Shown piece by piece: positions 48,944-58,427 of a stretch of 64,000 bases of DNA (the first letter of the stretch is position 1; each line of letters opens with the position of its first letter). The DNA lies in NCBI RefSeq assembly GCF_001194135.2, contig NC_068999.1:49157381-49221380 (forward strand). The letters are read 5' to 3'. This DNA is from Octopus bimaculoides (taxonomy: Eukaryota). The notes beneath the pieces were generated by a model. It saw only the letters and a program-made list of their open reading frames with translations. It did not search any database and had not been told where the DNA came from. Both the position numbers and the translations under genes were made by a program.

Positions 48944-51311
48944 CAGCAGTAGCAGTAGCAGTAGTAGCAGTGGCAGTTCTTCGTCTGCGAAAGTACCTGT
49001 CACCATTAATCTTGATTCCGAGGAGAAACCAATTAACTTTCGCCGAGAAAGTGTTATAAAGATTGGCAAAAGACTTGACAAAATGACGCCCGAGGACACC
49101 CTCCCCTCGAAGAAACCTGGTGACAACAAGGAGAGCAGTTCAAGCACTTCCAAAGAACAGTCAGGTTCTAGCGGAAAGGAATCAAAAGATATCGGTCAGT
49201 CCAAGCCCGTTGCTCCGATAGATCTGAGTAATAAGAACAGAGACGGTGGTGGAAGCATTGTCAGCTCAAGTTCCAGTTCAAGCCAGTTGCTTAAAATTGC
49301 GGATAAACTTCATGCTAAGAATTTGTGCAAACAGAATGAAGGAAAGGATGACAATAAAACAGTTGTGAACAGTAGTAAAGATGTTAGCAAAAAGGCGGAA
49401 GGCAAGGATATCGGTAAAGAAGAAAAGAAAGAAAAGCAGGAATCTGGTTCTTTGTCTGATACGAAATCTGTCCAGGAACCATCAAAATCCACAGAGAGCC
49501 GACCACCATCTGATACAAAACAAAAGCAGCCTACTGAGAAATCAAGTGAAACATCATCTTTAAAATCATCCGGTTCCAGTAGTGATAAGAATGTCAAAGA
49601 AAACAAGGAATCCAGTAGTTCCAAGAAACTTTCCAAAGACATAAGTGAGAAAGATAAGTCAGCCTCTGATGTGAGAAAAGACAGTTTGAAATCTCAAAGT
49701 AAACCGAAATCTGATGATAGTGGCAGTGATGTTTCTAAGAAGTTAGATGAAAAGAAGTTAGAGAAAGGGGATGACGCATCAAAGAAAGAGACGAGTGGCG
49801 CAGGAGAAGTAAATGCGAAATCCAAGAAAGACGACAACGCATCCGGTTCTTCAAATGACTCAAATATCCGTACTGAATTAAAAACTAGCAAGAAGGGAGA
49901 AGAGAAACTGAAGACTAAGGCCGCTGAGGTTCCTAGTGACGATGAAGACAGTTCAGAAGTGGTAGACAGTGCCAGCAATTCAGAAAAGAAGACCTCTTCT
50001 GAAGACAAAAATAAAGAGCCTGAAAATAAAGAGAATCTTAAAAGTAGTTGTTCAAAGCAATCTGAGGAGAAAAAAGCGGAGAGCATTCCCAAATCTGAGG
50101 GGGCTGCCGAATCATCGAAAGATAAGAAGTCAGTTGTCTCAGAAGTATCCAACCAAAGTAAGGGCACAGAGAAAGATGTCTCCGAAGAGAAAACTGAGAA
50201 AAAAGTTGCTAAAAGGAAGTTGTCCCTAAGTAAGCCAGAGTGTGGAGGAGATGAGTTGGATAATCAAAAAGAAGACCCAGTTGACAAACTACAGAAAAGC
50301 AGTGATTATTTAGATGAAGATAAAGAGCAGCAGTTGGCATCATCAGCTAAATGTGATAGAACAAACGAGAAATCTAATGCAACTTCTTTGGATGGGGATG
50401 CTGGCAAGGAAGAAGAAATGCTACCTGATGATGGTGCCGATGACAAGAACGATTGTTCTCGAATGCGTAAAAGGAAAGCATCTGATAAACCACCAATAAC
50501 GCTACCTTCTGCTAAAAATGAAAGGAAAGTAACCCCTGAAGAATCTTCTGTTAATGCTCAGACAGAGGAACATTCTGAGCAAAGAACTGAGGAATTAGAC
50601 GCAGCTGTTTCTAAGGCAGAGGCTGACGGCTCTGTGAAAGAGGCTGACGACTCTGTGAAAGAGGCTGACAGCTCTGCAAAAGAAGCTGATAGTTCTGTTA
50701 AAAAAACTGATGATTCTGCAAAAGATGCTGATAGTTCTGTGAAAGAAGCTGGCAGTGATGCCGAAGAGGGTAATCTTCGGTCATCTCGTCGACTTCGGGC
50801 AAGGAGAAAACAGAGTTACGCTCCTCCTCCTGCACCAGAAGCTGAGAAGAAAAAGAAAGGCAAGGAGTCGACGGTGAATGGCAATAGCGGCACTACTGAA
50901 AGTGAAGACGCTGCAGATGCGAAACGAACTCGATCTCGGAGGCGAACAGAGGCTGAGCTAGTGTGTACAGATTTAATCATTCCCGATGATGAGAAGCGGA
51001 CGCGGGGCAAGAAACGTCAAAACAGCCTCCTTGAGGACTTTGCCGGTGCGGAGGAGACACCTGAAGAAATCGAGCCTAAAAAGGCCAAGAACTCCAAAAA
51101 CTTTCGCAAAACTAGAACACGCTTGAAAGACGGAGACGATATGCTGAGTTCACAGTCAGACAGTGATGATATGCCTTTGAGTAAAGTGACAAAAGGTCGC
51201 AAAAATATTTCCAGAGGCAAAGGACGCAACAAAAATTCTCGGCAGCCATTAACAGTCCTCGAAGATTCAGCTTCTGCTTCTCCTACTAGAAAAAGCTCTC
51301 GCAACGTTAAG
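47365..51311 (+). CDS. RSF1: RSF1 exon 7, 3947-nt giant exon encoding about 1315 aa of K/E/S/D-rich, probably disordered linker
   Basis: Lies inside the 1327-aa ORF 47349..51332; TTCCAG acceptor at 47364; AAG|GTAGGT donor at 51312; phases fit exons 6 and 8. Confidence 0.9.
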
Positions 51312-51633
51312 GTAGGTGTCGCAATATTTTAGCTCTCTCTTTTTTATTTGTATTTGTTTTTTTTTACTCCTTTCTGTTACTGGACTGCGATCATGCTGGG
51401 GCACCATCTTGAAGAATTTAGTTGAATAAATCGCCTAGAGTATCTAAGTTTTTTTTTTTTTTCTTTTGTTAAACTGGGTTCTTATTCTGTTGGTCTCTTT
51501 TGCTGAACTGCTAATTTACAGGGATATAAACAAACCAGCACCAGTTGTCAAGTTGTGAGAGGACAAACAAAAAGACATGTTCACCTAGATGTGGGTATAC
51601 AGACAGACAGACACAGAAATACATACACACACA

Positions 51634-51666
<33 letters not shown>

Positions 51667-52230
51667 NNNNNNNNNNCCAATATGTGTTTTCTGTTAAATT
51701 ATTCTTTTACTAATCTCAGTCACTGGATTGTGGCCATGCTGGGGCAAATCCTTCAAAGAAGCTAGTTAGTAATATTGACTGTATTACTTAAGTGGTATTC
51801 ATTTTATTAAAAAGATGAAAGGGAAAATCAACTTGGACAGGCTTTGAATTCTGATGACGAAGGGGCAGACCACAAGCTGTTTTGTTTGACACACTCCCAA
51901 ATCTGCCAAACATTCCCCACTGGAGTTGATAAAATTAACTACCAGTCTTGCACTGAGGGTGATTCAATTACTTACATGCCCGTCTGTCTAAATTTGCAAA
52001 AGGGCTAGTTATGTATTGGCTATATCTCCCTCATCACTTTGCAGCCTTGTGCCAGTGTTTGAAGCCACTACTACTACTACTACGACGCCCAATCTTCCAA
52101 GTTCTTTTACAGGGCTTAAAAAACTGAAAAACGTGTGTGAATCTGAGAGGGGAATATGTTTAATAAAATCATAATTAACCGATCTTTCTGTATTTTCTGT
52201 TACCCAAAACTAGGAATTCTTCAGCTGTTC

Positions 52231-52325
<95 letters not shown>

Positions 52326-52358
52326 TTATAAACAGATATATGTATAGGTGTACACATA

Positions 52359-52566
52359 CAAGGGGCTGCTGAAAAGTTCCTGGTTTTAAGTGTATCCCAA
52401 ATGGCCTAGTTGGAGACCCAACCTTCCAAGTTCTTTTACAGGGCTTAGAAAAATTGGCAGACTGCTACAATAAGTGTGTGACTCTGAGAGAGAATATGTT
52501 GAATAATTAAATGATCCTCCTGTATTTTCTTTTACCCAAAGCCAGGAACTTTCCAGCACACCCTTG
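52359..52566 (+). mobile_element. Mariner-derived MITE retaining a transposase C-terminal remnant
   Basis: TA on both sides; 25-bp TIRs CAAGGGGCTGCTGAAAAGTTCCTGG vs CAAGGGTGTGCTGGAAAGTTCCTGG (3 mismatches); internal QGLEKLADCYNKCVTLR[G]EYVE* with one frameshift. Partial sibling at about 52087-52225 reads LRGEYV*. Confidence 0.78.
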
Positions 52567-52637
52567 TATATGACTATGTATGTTATAAGCTGTTGCATTC
52601 ATTTCTGTTGTGACTGAATGTCTTTCATATTCTTCAG

Positions 52638-53040
52638 AAAAAAGACTACGATGATGGTGACTACGAGGCTTGTCTGACAGGACGGTACTCAACCAACGGG
52701 CGTGGCAAGCAAGGGCGAGGTGCCGTTGCAGTTTCAGTTAAGGGCAAGAAGCAGGGCAAGAAGCGCAGCAGCTCCGTCGAGTCTGACAAGTGGGTGTCGG
52801 ACAAAACGGAGGAAGAAGAGGAAGAAGAAGATGACGACGAGGAAGAGGAGCTGTTCGTTGGAGAACTGCTCCGTAGGAGTACTCGCGTACGCCGTCCGGT
52901 TGGTACCAAGAACAAGTTGCTCTGCCTTGGCACTTCCAGCGATGAATGCAAATCGGAAGAGACCAATGAAGATGACACGAGTGACGAAGAGTTCCTGCTA
53001 CCAAAGGGCAGAAATGCTCGGAGAGCTGCGGCACGATCAG
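52638..53040 (+). CDS. RSF1: RSF1 exon 8 (KKDYDDGDYE...EEEEEEEDDDEEEELFVGELLRRSTRVRRP...RAAARS)
   Basis: TCTTCAG acceptor; open for 403 nt in frame with ORF 52794..53135; CAG|GTCTGT donor, phase 1. Confidence 0.85.
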
Positions 53041-53818
53041 GTCTGTATATATATGTGTATATATATATATGTATATATCATCATCATCATCATTTAACGT
53101 CTGCTTTCCATGTTGGCATGGGTTTGACGGTTTGACAGAGGGCTGGCAAGCCAGAAGGCTGCACGAAGCTCCAATCCGATCTGGTAAAGTTTGTACAGCT
53201 GGATGCCCTTCCTAATGCCAACCACTCCGAGAGTGTAGTGGGTGCTCTTTACATGCCACTGGCACGGGGGCCAGTCAGGCAGTACTGGCATCGAACATGC
53301 TTGAATTTGTGCTTTTTACGTGCAAGCTGGCAGAATCATTAGCATGCTGGACAAAATGGTTAGCGGCATTTCATGTCTTCACATTCAAAGTTCAAATTCT
53401 GTTGGGGATGACTTTGCTTTTACCCTTTCGGGGTCAATAAAATTAGTATGAGTTGCTGTAATTGATTTACCCCACTCCCCTGAAATTGCTGACCTCGTGC
53501 CAAAATGCCAAGCCAATATTCATAGGGTGGTGAGCTGGCAGAATTGGTAGCATGCCAGGCAAAATGCTTAGCGACATTTCGTCCATCTTGACACTTTAAG
53601 TTCAAATTCCACCGAGGTTGACTTTGCCTTTCATCCCTTCGGGTTCAATAAAATTAGTACCAGTTGAATACTGAGGTCAATGTGACTTACCCCTTCTCCC
53701 AAATTTACTGGCATTGTGTCAAAGTGTATAAAAAAAAGGTGGGTGGGGATGTACCAACAACTACATAAACACCACAATAACAATGAATATATTTGTTCAT
53801 AATTTCATATATTCTCAG

Positions 53819-53901
53819 GTGCTAAAGAAGCTGAAAAGGTAGAAGATACCGAAAACGATAAACCTTGTTCCAAATGTCAGCAATTTGACCGACCAGAAAC
53901 G
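53819..53901 (+). CDS. RSF1: RSF1 exon 9 (AKEAEKVEDTENDKPCSKCQQFDRPET), first CxxC of the PHD finger
   Basis: TTCTCAG acceptor; ACG|GTAAGA donor; 83 nt, phase 1-0. Confidence 0.88.
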
Positions 53902-54137
53902 GTAAGATTTTATCCTGAATTTTTTTTTCTTTTTCATTTAAAAAAAAAAAATTTTTTTGTTGGTGTCATTCACCTCCAATCAAATAGATTAACTCCATGG
54001 CAGTTATAGGTAATTTGACACTTTGGTTATTATTCATTTCATTGGAAAGTTTGTGGAAACTGTGTGAACCAAATGCATTTGTTCCTATGCACTGCCTGGT
54101 TCATGAATCGAAATTTACAATTTTCCAATGGTTAGAG

Positions 54138-54490
54138 CAGCATTTCTCAACTGGGGTTTCCCGGAACCCTAGGGTCCCACAAAAGGTTCCTATGGGTTCC
54201 GCAAGAAAGAGTGAGATAAGCTAATGCTAATTTCATGATCGTAATATTACTATACATGCACAACATATTATTGGTTATTGTAAGATAGACGTCATCCTAT
54301 CTAACCTAATATGTTATGAAAAGGATATAACAACCACACACACACACACACACACATGATATTTACCCATGAACTATGATGAAAAAAATATGAGAAAGAT
54401 ATAGTATATAATTTTTTTTGTGCAGGGGTTCCTTGAGACATGTAATTTATTTTAAGGGTTACGCAATGGTAAAAAGATTGAGAAACACTG
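54138..54490. mobile_element. hAT (Charlie-like) MITE with perfect 8-bp TSD
   Basis: TIRs CAGCATTTCTCAAC / ATTGAGAAACACTG; GGTTAGAG at 54130-54137 and 54491-54498, with TA at positions 4-5. Confidence 0.85.
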
Positions 54491-54498
54491 GGTTAGAG

Positions 54499-54810
54499 TG
54501 TCAGGCTCACAATAATGAGGTAGTGAATTCGATTCGTGGACCAGGCTGTGCATTTTGTTTGTTGTGAGCAAGACACTTTATTTCACGTTGCTTCAGTTCA
54601 CTCAGCTGTAGAAATGAGTTGTGACATCACTGGTGCCAAGCTGTATCAGCCTTTGCCTTTCCCTTGGATAACATTGGTGGTGTGAAGAAGGAAAGCTGGT
54701 ATGCACGGGCGAGTACCGGTCTTCCATATACAACCTTGTCCGGACCTGTTCCTCAGAGGGGAACTTTCTAGGTGCAATCCCATGGTCATTCATGACTGAA
54801 GGGGATCTTT
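54499..54810 (+). mobile_element. tRNA-derived SINE family 'D' (CORE-like body, ...GGTGCAATCCCATGGTCA... tail) whose head is split by a hAT-like MITE
   Basis: GAGCAAGACACTTTATTTCACGTTGCTTCAGTTCACTCAGCTGTAGAAATGAG body. Antisense relatives at about 24290-24610 and 33750-33930. Confidence 0.78.
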
Positions 54811-54959
54811 ATCCTTTGTCTTAGATGAACAGTTAAAGAGCTGAAGGTTTTCATCTGTCCCGGGTCCATTGGGGTGTCTGAGTGACTTTCTTCACTGCAA
54901 GGAACAACTTGATTGCTCTGGCACAAGTTTTCATATTTTGTATTCTGATTCTTTTCCAG

Positions 54960-55008
54960 ATCCTGCTCTGCGACAAGTGTGATGCTGGTTATCACACTCT
55001 CTGCATCC
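54960..55008 (+). CDS. RSF1: RSF1 exon 10, 5' part only (ILLCDKCDAGYHTLCI...), PHD finger core; remainder in N-gap 55009-55181
   Basis: TTTTCCAG acceptor; C-x2-C-x4-H-x2-C PHD pattern; sequence breaks into Ns at 55009. Confidence 0.88.
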
Positions 55009-56491
55009 NNNNNNNNNNNNNNNNNNNNNNNNNNNNNNNNNNNNNNNNNNNNNNNNNNNNNNNNNNNNNNNNNNNNNNNNNNNNNNNNNNNNNNNNNNNN
55101 NNNNNNNNNNNNNNNNNNNNNNNNNNNNNNNNNNNNNNNNNNNNNNNNNNNNNNNNNNNNNNNNNNNNNNNNNNNNNNNNNGGGAATCAAGCTATTAAAG
55201 ATTCTTGGGTGTGTGTGTGTGTGTGTGTGTAAGACCACAGGAACAGTTGTGTCAGCAAAAGAATGTTTGCCTCGACGGAAAGAGGCATTGATTGATGTTT
55301 TCAAATGAATCATTAGTGGACATGAGCTTAATGAATTCGTTAATTACTTGGCAATGTCACTGGTTTAAAAGAAAAGTTTTAAGTCTTTAAAGTTGTATTT
55401 GAAAATGAAAGAAAAGAAAAAAAAAACTAATGATAATCTTTTTGTCATTTTTGTTTTGAAAACTTCCAGTTGGATGTTTATTGATTTAAAAAAAAAAAAA
55501 ATGTATTTTTATTCTTTTCACCTTCAGACATTGTTTCACAACTAGATTTGTATCTATTATTGTTCACACATATGTGCAGTATAGAGAAAATAGAGTGATG
55601 GGCCTTGCCCAGTGTTCAAAACAAAAGTAACGTTTTTTAATTTTTTTTTACTTACTTGACTGCTGCTAATGGTCCAGCGCTTTACTTTTACAATTATTGT
55701 TACTTCATACACATCTGATGGTCTATTTCCTCAGTCTTTGCCTTGTGAGTGGATTTAGCGGATGGAAACTGAAAGAAGCTTGTGTATCTGTGTGTGTTAG
55801 TGTGTACCCTTGTTTTTGACATATGATATTACAAACAAGCATCACCATCATATAAATGATGTTTCCAGTCTTCTGCAGAAAAACATATCTGGCTATGGGA
55901 AATATTACCTTACTCAAAAAATAGGTGAGGGTTGGCAACAGGAAGGGCGTCCAGCTGTAGAAATCATGCCTCAGCAAATTCCACCTTACTCGTGCAAGCA
56001 TGTAAATGTGGACGTTAAATGATGATTATGATGACGATATCTACATGCACATGTACGCTTATTGGTTTTGAAGAAAGACAGCATGCTTTTCTCAGACACT
56101 AGGGATTTAATTTTCAATTGAAATCATCTCCCTTTGGTATTGGAAACTGGGATGTTGCTGTCTTTGTTGTTTAGTTCTCTCCCCTCAAGTCAGCTTTGAT
56201 TGATCCAGACGCATGTTGAAAGGCATTCTTGCTGTTACCATCTTAGAACTTATGCAAACATAGTGTGTCTAAGACCACATTATCCAGTGTGTCCTTCCCT
56301 TCTTTTTCAAGACTTTTGGATGTGATTTTATTTTAGGGAGATCTGGCTGCTATTTCTACCCGACCTGGTGGTTGTGTAAGCTTAACTTTTACTCTCCACG
56401 CCTACCCTTCCTACATATGTTAAATGCATAAATTCCTTATGCTTGAATACAGTTCTTTTATATGTATTTTTTTCCTTTATTTTTTCCTTAG

Positions 56492-56571
56492 AAAATGTTA
56501 TTAGAAAAACTGATGACTAATCTGCAAGAACTTGATCTCCAGTTAAAGAAAAGGGAAAGATTAATGAAGAG
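56492..56571 (+). CDS. RSF1: RSF1 exon 11 (KMLLEKLMTNLQELDLQLKKRERLMKR), post-PHD coiled coil
   Basis: TTTTTCCTTAG acceptor; GAG|GTAAGT donor; 80 nt, phase 0-2. Confidence 0.88.
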
Positions 56572-56631
56572 GTAAGTGATTATTGTTATTATGTTGTTGA
56601 TATAGTTGTTTTGTTGTTTAACCCTAGGTCA

Positions 56632-56944
56632 TGGAGGCGCAATGGCCCAGTGGTTAGGGCAGCGGACTCGCAGTCATAGGATCGCGATTTCGATTCCCAG
56701 ACTGGGCGTTGTGAGTGCTTACTGAGCGAAAACACCTAAACCTCCATGAGGCTCCGGCAGGGGATGGTGGTGAACCCTGCTGTACTCTTTCACCACAACT
56801 TTCTCTCACTCTTAATTCCTGTTTAGGGTACACGTGTCTGTGGAGTGCTCAGCCACTTGCCCGTTAATTTCACGAGCAGGCTGTTCCGTTGATCGGATCA
56901 ACTGGAACCCTCAACGTCGTAAGCGACGGAGTGCCAGCAACAAC
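56632..56944 (+). mobile_element. Full-length tRNA-derived SINE (OR-like) with 13-bp TSD
   Basis: Head GGAGGCGCAATGGCCCAGTGGTTAGGG...GTTTCGATTCC-like (A and B boxes); flanks TAACCCTAGGTCA (56619-56631) and TAACCCTAGGCCA (56945-56957). A 3'-truncated sibling lies at about 15764-15912. Confidence 0.85.
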
Positions 56945-57793
56945 TAACCCTAGGCCAAGCGGTGGTAATGCCATTTGCCCTGTTAGTAAAACATCTGCTG
57001 ATTTACATATTTGAATAATATGTGTTGGATAAAAGATCCCATGCTTGAGATACAAGGCAAGGGTTCATGGCAGCAGAAAGAGCATCATGCCTCAATAACA
57101 TACTCATCTAACACATGCTAACATGGAAAAAACAAATGAATGGTTGTTGTTGCTGTTGTAGCAGCCAGCAGCAAAATGCTGGGCAAAATATGCTTAGCAT
57201 GGTATTTCTTCTTACCACGCACCTACACCTGCACCTACTTTCTCAAGTTTCATATGAAAAAGAAAATGAGGGTGGAAATGGAAGGTGCTGCTTCCTAGCA
57301 AATTCATTGAAAGGTGGATGAGAGCAGTGAGCATGGACTGGAGCAGCAGGCTGCCTCAGAGCCTGCTCCTGTCGATAGGTGGACAATTGGGGGTGGGTGG
57401 AGATGGACGAGCACTTATCTTCAGTGGTCAGAGTTACCATGGTTTTGTGGGGCTTCCACAAGAAAACCCTTGAAGATCTGCCTTCTTTTAGGGAATTCCC
57501 TTAACCCTTTCTATTTCCCATTTTTACTATTTTTTTATGCTTCATTCTGTACTGTCCTTGATGTCTTTTGTCAACCATTGTGGTACATTATTACTAATAT
57601 AATTGTGTGCTCACACACACATTGACATACATATGCACATACATACATACCTACATTCATATATACATATATACATGATATTTCTTGCATTGGTTTTCCC
57701 ATAATGTAGGTTTCTCTTTTCTACTAAAATTTTGTATGTAGTGAAATTGACTTGATTTATTTATTTTTTTTCCATCATTTTTGTTCCTTGCAG

Positions 57794-57842
57794 AAAGGAA
57801 AGGCTGGCTTTTGTTGGTATTAGCTTGGATAATATTTTATCT
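57794..57842 (+). CDS. RSF1: RSF1 exon 12 (KERLAFVGISLDNILS)
   Basis: TCCTTGCAG acceptor; TCT|GTAAGT donor; 49 nt, phase 2-0. No further exon recognised up to 64000. Confidence 0.87.
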
Positions 57843-58219
57843 GTAAGTACTGCACTATTTTCTCTTTTAAGGATCCACTAGTAAGTTTATTGCTGTCTAA
57901 ACATATCATTTAATTGTCCTGTCTTTAGCATTCAATACCTGCTACTATGAAACTGCAGCATTTACTGTAACACACTTCAGGACATGATCTTGTGTCCTCT
58001 TTTGTGTGTGTGTGTTTGCCTGCTATTTTTTTCCACTGGTTGCTATTAAAAATAATCTCTGTAATGAAAACTTTTCAAAACTTATTGATTCTTCAGTCTC
58101 TGGTAACATTGTGGTATAACATTTTCACCTATATCTGTTGTCACCATTAATCATTCACATTGACGCGCACACATGTGTATGTACATGTATGTATCTGTGT
58201 GTGTGTTTATGAGTGTATG

Positions 58220-58272
<53 letters not shown>

Positions 58273-58385
58273 AATTATTAATAATAATATTGATAATAAT
58301 GTTTATGTGTGTATATGTATGTTTGTGTGTGTGTATATGTATGTATGTATGTGTGTGTATATATGTATATATATGTGTATATGTA

Positions 58386-58427
<42 letters not shown>

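Larger units (their letters stand above)
20709..57842 (+). other. RSF1: RSF1 gene span (coding exons 1-12 visible; 3' end beyond window)
   Basis: Twelve exons join with GT-AG sites and consistent phases (1,0,0,0,2,1,0,1,0,[0],2,0). Peptides such as [60 protein letters not shown] and RKERLAFVGISLDNI match my recollection of RSF1 (PNFAVVCSFLERYG, LHLKLMRKIGKSV, QFDDNLKF, QPIGRDKDGLMYWY, ILLCDSCDSGYHTAC, RKERLVYVGISIENI). Confidence 0.93.

Noticed and set aside
47385-51304. Several long minus-strand and off-frame ORFs (e.g. 48170..49153, 327 aa) over the giant exon
   Set aside because: Shadows of a purine-rich low-complexity CDS. They give S/L/F-rich products with no independent splice or start evidence.
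56632-56710. tRNA genes (also 15764-15840, 19170-19347, 40805-40880)
   Set aside because: A/B boxes are present, but acceptor stems do not pair and the sequences run into SINE bodies or tails.
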